A stretch of 64,000 nt of DNA from Candidatus Bathyarchaeia archaeon (GTDB lineage Archaea > Thermoproteota > Bathyarchaeia > Bathyarchaeales > Bathycorpusculaceae). The notes under the pieces are model-generated. The model saw only the letters and a list, made by a program, of their open reading frames with translations, did no database searches and was not told the DNA's origin. The stretch is taken from contig JAVYUU010000004.1 of the NCBI GenBank assembly GCA_038728085.1, forward strand, positions 20,674 to 84,673, written 5' to 3'. A program made the translations under genes and the position numbers. The stretch's first letter is position 1. Each line of letters opens with the position of its first letter. This document shows positions 19,585-28,906 of this stretch, piece by piece.

Positions 19585-20270
19585 TTATCCAAATGAAGTT
19601 CAGCGGCTTGCAAAAAACAAGCCTAATAGATTATCCAGATCGAGTGGCAGCGGTTCTCTTTACGCCTGGCTGCAATTTGCGCTGTCCTTACTGCTACAAC
19701 TGGCGCATAGTAGTCAATCCACAGCCGCCCTTCCTCAACGAAGAAGCGGCCCTCCAAATACTGGAGGAACGCAAGAGATACGTGGATGCTGTCGTCATAA
19801 CAGGCGGCGAGCCAACCATCCACAAGGAGCTGCCCCGCTTCCTAAAGAGGCTTAAGGAACGCGGCTTCGCCGTCAAGCTGGACACAAACGGCTTAAATCC
19901 AAGAGTGCTGGAAGAGTGCCTCCCATATGTGGATTACGTGGCTTTAGACTTCAAAACCACGCCGGAAAAATACCATATTCTAGGAGCAAAGGAAACAGAC
20001 GCGCTTCTAAAAACCATTGAACTATTGAAGAGCGGAAAAGTGGAGTATGAATTCAGGACTACCATTGTGCCAAAGATCGTTGAGGAAGCGGACATAACCC
20101 TCATGGGCGAAATAGCAAAAGGAGCCAAAAACTACGCCCTCCAACAGTTCATACCAGGCGACACGCTAAGCGAAGAATACAAAAACATACAACCCTACCC
20201 ACCAGACATACTTGGGAAATATGCAGAGATCTTGAAAAAATACGTATGCACAGTTGTAACACGCTTTTAA
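19581..20270 (+). CDS. nrdG: anaerobic ribonucleotide reductase activating protein (radical SAM)
   Basis: CNLRCPYCYN is the CxxxCxxC radical SAM motif, and GGEPT is present. The start overlaps the nrdD stop. Confidence 0.85.
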   Translation: MIIQMKFSGLQKTSLIDYPDRVAAVLFTPGCNLRCPYCYNWRIVVNPQPPFLNEEAALQILEERKRYVDAVVITGGEPTIHKELPRFLKRLKERGFAVKLDTNGLNPRVLEECLPYVDYVALDFKTTPEKYHILGAKETDALLKTIELLKSGKVEYEFRTTIVPKIVEEADITLMGEIAKGAKNYALQQFIPGDTLSEEYKNIQPYPPDILGKYAEILKKYVCTVVTRF

Positions 20271-20297
20271 TTAGATACTTAACAAAGTGATTAGTCA

Positions 20298-20711
20298 GTG
20301 AAGAAGTGCACCATCACGTTGGCTTTGTTTTCCTTGTGGGCGATAGTAATAGTACATGACGTAGATGCGGGAGTTAATGCTGTTATAATTCCGCCAATGG
20401 AGACATTTTCCCTTAACATAAATCTAAACAATTCAAGCAGTATACATGGAAGTTTCTATGCAGTGAACGGAATTATTAATTTCCTGTTTTCCGCTCCAGA
20501 CGGAAAAGTATTGTTTGAGGCAAACAACACATGTAACGGTACAATAAACTTTGAAGCATCTAAAACTGGAACATACGTTCTCCGTATATTAAATCCTAGT
20601 GAGGAGCATGCTGTAGAGGTTATTTATCCCGTCAAATTATGTAATAACATCACTGTATCCTTGACTTTAAAAATACAGCTAGTCCCACCGTTACCTCTAA
20701 TCCATCATTGA
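20298..20711 (+). CDS. hypothetical secreted protein
   Basis: The 137-aa ORF has an N-terminal signal-like hydrophobic segment (MKKCTITLALFSLWAIVIVHDVDA). It is AT-rich relative to its neighbours. Confidence 0.5.
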   Translation: MKKCTITLALFSLWAIVIVHDVDAGVNAVIIPPMETFSLNINLNNSSSIHGSFYAVNGIINFLFSAPDGKVLFEANNTCNGTINFEASKTGTYVLRILNPSEEHAVEVIYPVKLCNNITVSLTLKIQLVPPLPLIHH

Positions 20712-20876
20712 TGCATATTTTACTTATAATTTGTCCATGGTGCTTGCTGTGATTAAACCTTTAAGCGATGTTTTGAAGAGACTATTGGATACAAAGATAG
20801 TGGTTATGAAAGAGCTTGTTAGTTATAAAAGCCCAGAATTGCCAATACGAAGTGGTCTAATAGAAAAATAAGAGTG

Positions 20877-22253
20877 CTAGTAGGCTGATATACCTACGAA
20901 GCGTAGTTTTTTCAGTTTAACCATTGGCACGGTTGCTGTTTCAAGGGTTAAGAGTTCTTTTCCAATCATTGGGATTTCCTTCAGGGCTGAGAGCATACTG
21001 TCTGTGAAGCGCATGTTGACGATAGGCTTTGTTATTTCGCCATTTTCGATAAGGAATGTTCCGTCTCTTGTTAGCCCGGTTAACACGAGTTTTGTTGGCT
21101 CAACCGGGTTGACATAGTGGAACGTGTTGACGAATATTCCATGTTTCGTGTCGGCGATTGCCTCCTCTAAGGCGGCGTCCCCGGGCTTCATTATCATGTT
21201 GTAGGGCAGGGGCATTTCGCCATAGAAGTCGCCCAGCGGTGGAAGCGCATGCCCCGTGCTTTTCTTTCCCTCCTTGCCAGCGGTGAAGGAGTTGTGGCAT
21301 ACGCTCTTCTCTGAAACCACACCGTTCACTATGAGCCCCAGAGGCTTCTTTGGAACACCCTCACCGTCAACAGGCACTGCATAGAGGGTCTTCGGGTTTC
21401 TGGCGTTATCAACCACGCTGAGTTTGCCATCGAAGACCTGCTGGTTAGCAAAAAACTTGACAAAGGATTGTCCATCTTGATAGGATCTGGCTGAAAAGCC
21501 CACGTAACCCATGTATTCCAGAATTACAGCCACCGCTAAAGGCGATAGAACAACCTCGTATTCACCGGGCTCGATCTTTACAGGGTGGAGGCTTCTCACA
21601 GCCTTGTCCGCAGCATCCTCAGCCAAAGCCGCTGGATTAAGCTCTTTCACTTTCCTAGAGTATTGCTGGGCTGCACCAAAGCCCTCTGACTCTCCGTCCC
21701 TTGCCATAACCGTAGTTTTCATGTAAGCCACAGAAAGCTGAGCCCAGGCTGAAACTCCCAAAGAGTTTACAACAGCATAGCCTAACGCGCCAGTGCACAA
21801 GTATCCAGCGACGGCAGCCACCTTGGATGATTTGGAATGTGCCGTCTCAATTGCCTCACCAACCATTTCAGCCCTAAAGTCTGGAGTGCACTCGGCTGTC
21901 TGCTTGTCAAAGGCTCCCCGCACCGGTTTCCAAGCCTCTGGCTCCGGAAGGCTCTTAAAGTCCTTGTTCGGCGAGGAAGCCCTTGCCACTTTAACGGCAT
22001 GCTCCACAGCCTCCCTTATGCCCTCCTCTTCAAGGGTGTTCGCTTGAATGGTGCTTATCCGCTTGTCCTCCAAGACAACCTTAATTGCAACTCCGCCAAT
22101 TTTCTGGGCGACATTCTGGTGTATCTGGGAGTTTGCAAAACGTGTCAGAGCGTTATCAGCCATAAATGCCACAGCCTGCGCTTGACTAACATTCTGCTTT
22201 AAAGCATAATCAACGGTTTTTTGGGCTATCTCCCTAAGCCTTCCCACATCCAT
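20877..22253 (-). CDS. pmbA: TldD/PmbA-family metalloprotease, PmbA-like subunit
   Basis: This 458-aa TldD/PmbA-fold paralog lacks the HExxxH motif and is adjacent to tldD. Confidence 0.8.
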   Translation of the reverse strand: MDVGRLREIAQKTVDYALKQNVSQAQAVAFMADNALTRFANSQIHQNVAQKIGGVAIKVVLEDKRISTIQANTLEEEGIREAVEHAVKVARASSPNKDFKSLPEPEAWKPVRGAFDKQTAECTPDFRAEMVGEAIETAHSKSSKVAAVAGYLCTGALGYAVVNSLGVSAWAQLSVAYMKTTVMARDGESEGFGAAQQYSRKVKELNPAALAEDAADKAVRSLHPVKIEPGEYEVVLSPLAVAVILEYMGYVGFSARSYQDGQSFVKFFANQQVFDGKLSVVDNARNPKTLYAVPVDGEGVPKKPLGLIVNGVVSEKSVCHNSFTAGKEGKKSTGHALPPLGDFYGEMPLPYNMIMKPGDAALEEAIADTKHGIFVNTFHYVNPVEPTKLVLTGLTRDGTFLIENGEITKPIVNMRFTDSMLSALKEIPMIGKELLTLETATVPMVKLKKLRFVGISAY

Positions 22254-22266
22254 ATCACTTTCCCTC

Positions 22267-23715
22267 CTACCTTATGAGGCCAACACAAACCTTCCGAAAG
22301 CGGGCTGTTCCACAGCCATGCCCCACATACATGACTTGTCCAGGCACACCCTTGCCACAGTTAGGTGTACCCCACATTTTCCAGTCGTCTTTGCTGACGG
22401 CGTCGCATGAACCCCAGAATTGGGGCGTTATACCCATGTATGTCGGATTTTTAACCATCTTCTCAATGCTTCCATTTTTTATAAGCCATCCTATCTCCGT
22501 GCCGAACTGGAAGTTTATTCGTTTGTCATCTATGCTCCATGAACGGTTCGTCATCATTAAAACACCCTCCTTGGTGTCTTCAATTATCTCTTCAGCCTTA
22601 TAGTCGCCTGGAAGCAGGTTAATGTTCGTCATCCTTATCAACGGCAAGGCTAAAGGCGAATCAGCCCGCATGCCTCCGCTGCTCTCCTTTAGTCCAAGCT
22701 GGGCAGCGGTCTCCCTTGAACTCTGATAGCCTACGAAAATGCCCTCCTTGACGAGGTAGACTTTTTTCGCCTTAACGCCTTCATCATCAAAGCCAAAGGT
22801 TCCAAGCCCGAGAGGCACAGTGGCATCCGCAACAATATTCACCTTCTCGGAGCCGTAACGGAATTTCCCAAGCTTTTCAGGCGTTAGAAAGCTTGTCCCA
22901 GCGTAGTCGGCTTCTGTCCCAAGAACTCGATCAAGCTCCGTGGGATGCCCGCAACTTTCATGAATCTGCAAAGCCAACTGATCGCCCCGCAGAATCAAAT
23001 CCATTTCGCCGGAAGGACACTTCTCAGCATCAAAAAGTTTGATAAGTTCCTCTCCAACGTTTTTGGCGTGATCCATTAAAGCCAAAGACTCAAAAAACTC
23101 GTAGCCGCTTGTGGCAAAATCTCCACGGAAAGCAGACGGATAAGACCTAACCTGAACCTCTGAGCCTTTAACGGCTATGGCAGATATTCCCCCACCGCAC
23201 CAGGTTATCTGTTGATGTATCTCAGCGCCTTCACTGCTCATGAAGAGCTTGTTTTCCCGGTAACCCCTATAATGGGCGTATGAAACATTCACCAACGGCG
23301 AAAACTCCTTCAGGAAGCAGCTGGCTTCAACGAGAACTCCAAGCTTCTCTTCCAACGGAACCTTGAAAGGATCCTTCTTAAAGCTGGTGGCATACTTCTC
23401 CCGATAAGCCTTTTCCTCCGCTAAAACAACATCTCTTTTCTTCAGCTTGGCGCTGGCCTTCGCAATTTTCACAGCCAACTCAACGCAGCGTTTAATCTCC
23501 TCCCTTGTTATGTCAACCGAGCCAGCGAAACCCCATGCACCGTCAACGATTACTCTTATGCCAAACCCCTTCATCTGCGAGTAGGATATGGTTTCCGGTT
23601 GACCATTTTTAGCCGTTAAATTCTCGTTTAGGATCTCGCTAATTCTTATGTCGGCGTAGGAAGCCCCCATCCTTGCAGCTTCTTCAAGGGCTAGCTTTCC
23701 AAAATCCACAGGCAT
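22267..23715 (-). CDS. tldD: TldD-family metalloprotease
   Basis: The 482-aa ORF carries the zinc motif IHESCGHPTELDR. Confidence 0.85.
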   Translation of the reverse strand: MPVDFGKLALEEAARMGASYADIRISEILNENLTAKNGQPETISYSQMKGFGIRVIVDGAWGFAGSVDITREEIKRCVELAVKIAKASAKLKKRDVVLAEEKAYREKYATSFKKDPFKVPLEEKLGVLVEASCFLKEFSPLVNVSYAHYRGYRENKLFMSSEGAEIHQQITWCGGGISAIAVKGSEVQVRSYPSAFRGDFATSGYEFFESLALMDHAKNVGEELIKLFDAEKCPSGEMDLILRGDQLALQIHESCGHPTELDRVLGTEADYAGTSFLTPEKLGKFRYGSEKVNIVADATVPLGLGTFGFDDEGVKAKKVYLVKEGIFVGYQSSRETAAQLGLKESSGGMRADSPLALPLIRMTNINLLPGDYKAEEIIEDTKEGVLMMTNRSWSIDDKRINFQFGTEIGWLIKNGSIEKMVKNPTYMGITPQFWGSCDAVSKDDWKMWGTPNCGKGVPGQVMYVGHGCGTARFRKVCVGLIR

Positions 23716-23843
23716 TTCAGTTCACCTTCCCGCTTGAACAGTATGATAATCCGGCTCTGAATTTTAAGCTTTGGCAAGCGTAAAGTTTAAGGCTTGCACC
23801 ATGCTAGAGTTCGAATACCCCAGTTCATACAAGAGGTTTAAAG

Positions 23844-24398
23844 TTGAGCGAGGAAGAGGAAACCCTAGAGGAACGTAAGGCGAAAATCCTGATCAAGCTA
23901 AGAGGCTACAAGCTAATCAAAAAGGAGAAAGAGAAAAACATTGCAAGCTACATCGTCGAAGACCCAAAGGAAGGAGAGAAAAAGCAGATCCTAATCTGGT
24001 GCGTTCCAGACGAAACAGTAGGCATACAAACCATAAACCGCATGGCAAAAGCCATGAAAGAAGCCCAAATAGAACACGGAATCCTCATAGCAAGCGGCCG
24101 CTACACCAACGCCGCCAAACAAACCGCAAAGAAAAAACACATAGAACTTCTACCTAAAACCTTTCCCGTATTCGACATATTCGAGCACGTGCTCGTGCCA
24201 AAACACGAAATCCTAACCCCCGAAGAACGCGAGAAAGTCCTAGCCCAATACCGTGTTAAGCCATACCAGCTACCCCAAATAAAAGCCTCAGACCCAGCAG
24301 CCAAAGCCATAGGCGCAAAACCCGGCGACATAATACGCATAATCCGCAAAAGCCCTACAGCCGGCGAGCACATAGCCTACAGATATGTCGTAGAATAA
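23844..24398 (+). CDS. rpoH: RNA polymerase subunit H (Rpo5) with long N-terminal Rpb5-jaw-like extension
   Basis: The C-terminal [69 protein letters not shown] is canonical RpoH. About 110 extra residues lie upstream in the same ORF. Confidence 0.85.
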   Translation: MSEEEETLEERKAKILIKLRGYKLIKKEKEKNIASYIVEDPKEGEKKQILIWCVPDETVGIQTINRMAKAMKEAQIEHGILIASGRYTNAAKQTAKKKHIELLPKTFPVFDIFEHVLVPKHEILTPEEREKVLAQYRVKPYQLPQIKASDPAAKAIGAKPGDIIRIIRKSPTAGEHIAYRYVVE

Positions 24399-24470
24399 GA
24401 GCACTAAACTCTAAAACTTTTAAAAGAATCATCGCTTAAGCCTAAACCTAAACTTTCTATCGTCGCTGGA

Positions 24471-24806
24471 TCATGTACTCATGCCTAGAACTTTGTTTAG
24501 GCGTTTCTCCGCGTTTCTATACCTTCTAAGAATGTCCTTTCCAAGTTTTGTGAGTCTTGCCCCTCCCCCACCAGCCCTCCCGCCTCGATGGGTCTCAACT
24601 ATGGGTTTGCCTAGCGCTTTCTCCACCCTCTTTACATAGCTCCATACATAGCGGTATGACATGCCGAGTTTTTTGGCAGCTTTAGAGATGGACTGTTCCT
24701 TTTCTATTTGTTCTAGGATTTGGGCCCCATCCTTGCCTATCAATGGTTTCCCGTCGTATTCAAGCCAAATCTTGCATGAGAGTTTCGTCTTAGGTTTTGT
24801 TGACAT
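24471..24806 (-). CDS. ModE N-terminal-type winged-helix regulator (no TOBE/Mop domain)
   Basis: GAQILEQIEKEQSISKAAKKLGMSYRYVWSYVKRVEKALGKPIVETHRGGRAGGGGARLTKLG matches the ModE/LysR-type N-domain. The start is taken at the internal ATG 24806 (MSTKPKTK...). Confidence 0.7.
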   Translation of the reverse strand: MSTKPKTKLSCKIWLEYDGKPLIGKDGAQILEQIEKEQSISKAAKKLGMSYRYVWSYVKRVEKALGKPIVETHRGGRAGGGGARLTKLGKDILRRYRNAEKRLNKVLGMST

Positions 24807-24998
24807 TCTGTTACTTTTTTGCGCGTTATTTTTATAAGAGTATTCGATATGAATAGCAAAGCACAACGAGGAGGCTAGATTATAAAGATAAATAGGTCTT
24901 TAGCAACAGGCAAGGTTCCAGTTGCTTTTCTCTTTGGTTTTATTCTCGGAGTTGCTGCTGGGCTGATAGGTGTTGGTGGAGGGGAGTTTAGGATACCC

Positions 24999-25682
24999 GT
25001 GCTGCTTCATGTTGTTGGCCTTCCCATTGTGGCGGCTATAGCTGTTAATTTGCTTGTGGGCTTGTTAACGGTGGTTGTTTCTTTTATGAGGCGCTTTCAA
25101 TTAGGCTTGCTAAATGGGCACAGTGTAAACATCGCATTAACCATGTCGGCAACATCAATTATCGGCGCTTATTTGGGTGCGCTTTTGACTGATAGGATTC
25201 CGGAAAAACCGTTAAAGCGGCTTTTAGCAGTTTTCCTTGTGGTTGTTGGCTTAAAAATCGGACTTGAACCATTTATCGAAACTCCATTAACACTGGCCTT
25301 CACGTTGGGTTTTGTGGAAGAAGCCCTACTCGCTGCGTTAATTGGTTTGGCGATAGGGGTGATATCCGGAGCCCTTGGAGTTGCAGGCGGCGAATTCCGC
25401 ATTCCAGCATTAATCTACGTTTTTGGCCTTGACATCGTGGCGGCTGGAACGGCAAGCCTTCTCGTTTCTATTCCAACGGTTGCCTCGGGTTTTCTGAAAC
25501 ATCATAATATGGGGCACATGAACCGGGAGGCTGCTCTTATCGCGGCTGTTATGGGGGCTGGTTCAGTTATCGGCGCTCTCATTGGGGCTTCTTATGCTGG
25601 CTTTGTGGAGAAAGACGTCCTTAAAGTGTTACTTGGCGTGACTCTTGTTTTGGCAACTGTGCGAATGGTCACTGAGCCTTAG
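24999..25682 (+). CDS. TauE/SafE (TSUP) family anion exporter; conserved N-terminus extends upstream of the first canonical start
   Basis: This is a multi-TM protein with two GxGGGxxxxP-type repeats (GVAGGEFRIPALIYV internally). A further GLIGVGGGEFRIPVLL is encoded in frame upstream of GTG 24999, in a frame open from 24879. Confidence 0.75.
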   Translation: MLLHVVGLPIVAAIAVNLLVGLLTVVVSFMRRFQLGLLNGHSVNIALTMSATSIIGAYLGALLTDRIPEKPLKRLLAVFLVVVGLKIGLEPFIETPLTLAFTLGFVEEALLAALIGLAIGVISGALGVAGGEFRIPALIYVFGLDIVAAGTASLLVSIPTVASGFLKHHNMGHMNREAALIAAVMGAGSVIGALIGASYAGFVEKDVLKVLLGVTLVLATVRMVTEP

Positions 25683-25911
25683 TTTTTGCCTCATTTTTTA
25701 GTTCGTGGAGGATAACTAGGGCTTCGCCTAATGGGATGCCAAGTTTGGATGCTAGTTCTTGGGGTGTTATGTCAGGCTTTTCATGGAGTATTACATCTCT
25801 TGTGTAGGCTTTATGGTGGGGATACATTACCATGGCGTGAACTGTTTCCACCAGAATCGGCCAGAGCTTCTCTTTTACATATTCTTCGAGGCTCATGGCT
25901 ATCAGAAACAA
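25669..25911 (-). CDS. hypothetical small protein, possible HTH
   Basis: The 80-aa ORF has an HTH-like segment (ITPQELASKLGIPLGEALVILHEL). Confidence 0.4.
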   Translation of the reverse strand: MFLIAMSLEEYVKEKLWPILVETVHAMVMYPHHKAYTRDVILHEKPDITPQELASKLGIPLGEALVILHELKNEAKTKAQ

Positions 25912-25930
25912 TTAGGAAAGCTCGGGTTTT

Positions 25931-26464
25931 TCAGCATTCTGCATAGGCGCCAAACTCTTCGAAGCTAACTATTTCCTTCAGCTTTTTCCGCCGCCTCAGT
26001 AAGTGGAGAATTTTGCCCTGAACATCAATTTTCTTCCGTGGGTAGCCCAAGGCCAATAGTGCGATAACGCGGTAATTTTCCGGAATTTTTAATATTTCCC
26101 GCACTTGATCCTCGTCAAAGCTTCCAACCCAGCATGTGCCAAGCCCTTCACTTGTGGCCGTTAAAACCATGTTCTGCATGGCTATGGCTACATCCACCAT
26201 AAACCATTTTGGAGAAGCCTTTTGGTCGCCGCAGCCAACAATAACGACTGGTGCCTCTTGCAGGAATTTTGCGAAAGGAGCTCTTGCAAGTTTCCCCCGT
26301 TTTTCAGCGTTTGTCACAACAATGAAGTGCCATGGTTGAATGTTGCCTGCGGAAGGCGCAAGCCTAGCTGCCTCCAAAACTTTTGCAAGTTTCTCCCGGG
26401 GCACCGGTGTCTGTTCATAGGCGCGGACTGAACGCCTTATCTGGATAACTTCAAACACGTCCAT
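25931..26464 (-). CDS. nitroreductase family protein
   Basis: IQIRRSVRAYEQTPVPREKLAKVLEAARLAPSAGNIQPWHFIVV is the classic nitroreductase N-terminus. Confidence 0.85.
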   Translation of the reverse strand: MDVFEVIQIRRSVRAYEQTPVPREKLAKVLEAARLAPSAGNIQPWHFIVVTNAEKRGKLARAPFAKFLQEAPVVIVGCGDQKASPKWFMVDVAIAMQNMVLTATSEGLGTCWVGSFDEDQVREILKIPENYRVIALLALGYPRKKIDVQGKILHLLRRRKKLKEIVSFEEFGAYAEC

Positions 26465-26549
26465 TTTCTAATCACCAGCGAGGCTTATAGAAAGATGGTT
26501 GTGGTAAAGTTTATCTTTAACGAAACATTAGGCTACATTTTCAAGGTGC

Positions 26550-27242
26550 ATGAAGGTCTTGATGATTAAGGCTGTAGTCTTCGACTTGGATGGAACCCTA
26601 GTAAGGTTTAACATAGACTTTAGGGCTGTGAGGGCGGAGGTTAGAAGCCTTCTGATAAGTCAAGGAGTGCCCGCTTCGGTTTTATCTCTGAACGAAAGCA
26701 TATTTGAGATGCTGAAGAAGACTGAGATTTTCATGAGAAATAGCGGCAAATCTGAAAAGGTTGTGGAGAGTGTTCAAAGGCAAGTGTTTGCGATAGTTGA
26801 GAGATACGAGTTGGAAGCCGCGAAAACCACAACATTATTGCCCGGCGTAACTGAAGTTCTGAAAACATTGAAGGAGATGGGGCTAAAACTTGGCGTGTGC
26901 ACGGTTAACAGCGAAAGATCGGTAAATTACATCATCCATAAGTTTAAAATGAATGGATTCCTTGACGCTGTAACTCCAAGAGAGCATGTTAAAAACGTTA
27001 AGCCGGACATAGATCACCTTGAAAGAACTTTGAAGACCATGGGGGTTTCCCCGAAAGAGGTTCTGGTTGTGGGGGACAGCCCGGCGGACATGAAGTGTGC
27101 GAAAGGGCTTGGCGCCGTCGCCGTGGGATTATTGACGGGAATATCCACGGCGAGGGAGCTTGCAGACGCTGGCGCAAACTATCTAATAACCTCGATCATG
27201 GACCTGCCGATGCTCGTTAAACAAATTAACAAGGATAATTAA
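26550..27242 (+). CDS. HAD-superfamily hydrolase (phosphoglycolate phosphatase-like)
   Basis: Motif I is VVFDLDGTLV, and a motif IV-like VVGDSPADMKCAKGLG is present. Confidence 0.8.
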   Translation: MKVLMIKAVVFDLDGTLVRFNIDFRAVRAEVRSLLISQGVPASVLSLNESIFEMLKKTEIFMRNSGKSEKVVESVQRQVFAIVERYELEAAKTTTLLPGVTEVLKTLKEMGLKLGVCTVNSERSVNYIIHKFKMNGFLDAVTPREHVKNVKPDIDHLERTLKTMGVSPKEVLVVGDSPADMKCAKGLGAVAVGLLTGISTARELADAGANYLITSIMDLPMLVKQINKDN

Positions 27243-27265
27243 TTAATGGCGCGTGTTCTTGTATC

Positions 27266-27667
27266 TTAGGTTGGCTTAAAATAGTATCTTGGCCATTGGG
27301 GCCATCCTTGGGTTTGCGGTGTTTCCTCAAATTCCACCTTTAAAGGCATTCCGATCCTTATTTTGTCAAGCGGCACTCCCTTTATGATCCCCGGGAGCTT
27401 AACACCATTTTCCAGTTGGATTATCCCAACCGCGTAGGGCGCCATGTTCTGGAATTGGGGTGGCGCCACATGGATCACTGTATAGGTTAGGAGCTCCCCC
27501 TTTTGAGGCATTTCAGCCCATTCGAATTCTGTCGACAGGCATTTGTCGCACAGGGGGCGTGGCGGCATATGGATTTTTCCGCATTTACGGCATTTTCCGC
27601 CCATCAGTTTTTTCTGGCCTATGTTTTTGTAGAACTGTTCAATTGTGAAGGCTGTTTGTCCGTTCAT
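27266..27667 (-). CDS. DUF35 (Zn-ribbon + OB-fold) thiolase-associated protein
   Basis: It has the zinc ribbon CRKCGKIHMPPRPLCDKC plus an OB-fold tail. The start is set at ATG 27667, with GGAGGGG 7 nt upstream and 4 nt after the thiolase stop. The listed 27721 start overlaps the thiolase gene. Confidence 0.8.
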   Translation of the reverse strand: MNGQTAFTIEQFYKNIGQKKLMGGKCRKCGKIHMPPRPLCDKCLSTEFEWAEMPQKGELLTYTVIHVAPPQFQNMAPYAVGIIQLENGVKLPGIIKGVPLDKIRIGMPLKVEFEETPQTQGWPQWPRYYFKPT

Positions 27668-27671
27668 GTTT

Positions 27672-28850
27672 TTATCCCCTCCTGTATATGTGGACTGTGG
27701 CTGTTGCACCTGAACCGCCAACGTTGTGGGTTAAGCCTACCTCAGCGTCGTCCACTTGTCGCTTGTCCGCCTGCCCGGTTAGTTGTAGGTATATCTCGTA
27801 GGCTTGGGCTGTTCCCGTGGCGCCTACTGGGTGGCCCTTTGCCTTTAGGCCTCCGCTCGTGTTTACGGGTATTCTTCCATTAAGGGTTGTTTCGCCGTTT
27901 TCCGCTAGGCGTCCGCCCTCGCCTGGTTTGCAGAAGCATAGATCCTCGTAGGCTATTATTTCGGCTATGGTGAAGCAGTCGTGCACTTCCGCCACGTCTA
28001 TGTCTTCTGGCTTCACTCCAGCCATTTCATAGGCCTCTTTTGCGGCGAGTTTGGCTGCTCTGAGCGATGTGAAGTCGTCCCTTTCATACAAGCCTATGGT
28101 GTCGCTTGCTTGGCCTGTGCCGATTATGTGGACTGGTGTGTCCGTGTACCTTTTCGCGATTTCAGGCTTTGTGAGTATGAGGCAGCTTGCTCCATCGCTT
28201 ATGGGCGAGCAATCGTAGAGTTTTAGGGGCCAAGCGATAACCCGTGACGTCAATACCTGTTCAATAGTTATTTCCTTTTGCATGTGGGCTTTCGGGTTTA
28301 GGCTTCCATTATAATGGTTTTTCACGGCCACGTGGGCTAGCTGCACCTCTGTGGTGCCATACTTGTGCATGTGAGCTGTGGCCATTAGGGCAAACAGCCC
28401 TGGAAAGGTTAATCCATGCCACTGTTCGAAGGGGAAGTCTGAAGCCATGGCTAAAAAATCCGTGACTTCGGGAGTACTTCGATGGGTCATTTTCTCAACA
28501 CCACCAACCATGACAACGTCGCACATGCCTGAAGCTATCGCATATATTGCGGTTCTAAGAGCTGCCCCTGAAGAACTGCAAGCCGCTTCCATCCTCACCG
28601 CTGGAATATGCAGTAGCCCAGCCCAGTCCGCTACTGCGGCGCCTGTGTGCCCTTGATGCTCATAGGATTCACCCATGTGTCCAATGAAAAGGGCTTTTAT
28701 GTCCTTTTTTGGGTCTAGGCGTGGGCAGCGCTCGTAGGCTTCCCTAGCGGCTTGGGCGAAGATTTCTCGGGCGTATAAACCTTCAAGTTTTCCGAATTTT
28801 GAGAGTCCTGCAGAAACTATTGAAGCGAGGGGTTTTCCCTTCAAATTCAA
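27672..28850 (-). CDS. SCP-x/archaeal-type thiolase (acetyl-CoA C-acyltransferase), catalytic residues present
   Basis: The nucleophile context is VRMEAACSSSGAAL. GHPVGATGTAQ and THNVGGSG are also present. Confidence 0.85.
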   Translation of the reverse strand: MNLKGKPLASIVSAGLSKFGKLEGLYAREIFAQAAREAYERCPRLDPKKDIKALFIGHMGESYEHQGHTGAAVADWAGLLHIPAVRMEAACSSSGAALRTAIYAIASGMCDVVMVGGVEKMTHRSTPEVTDFLAMASDFPFEQWHGLTFPGLFALMATAHMHKYGTTEVQLAHVAVKNHYNGSLNPKAHMQKEITIEQVLTSRVIAWPLKLYDCSPISDGASCLILTKPEIAKRYTDTPVHIIGTGQASDTIGLYERDDFTSLRAAKLAAKEAYEMAGVKPEDIDVAEVHDCFTIAEIIAYEDLCFCKPGEGGRLAENGETTLNGRIPVNTSGGLKAKGHPVGATGTAQAYEIYLQLTGQADKRQVDDAEVGLTHNVGGSGATATVHIYRRG

Positions 28851-28906
28851 CTTCTCCCAAGCTCATGGAGAAAAAACCATAGTTAAAAACAAGTATTTTT
28901 GAGTTT

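Noticed and set aside
20298-20711. GOLD/emp24-like pattern (G-x-Y-x-x-x-I-x-N ... V-E-V-I-Y) in the 137-aa secreted protein, and a similar feel in 33412..33822
   Set aside because: The resemblance rests on a few residues in beta-rich sequence, which is too weak to claim without a profile or structure search.
24876-24878. In-frame TAG upstream of the TSUP gene as possible pyrrolysine or read-through codon
   Set aside because: No pyl genes or methylamine methyltransferases are in the window. The family N-terminus does not require the nine codons upstream of the TAG. A non-canonical start or a mutation is the simpler explanation.
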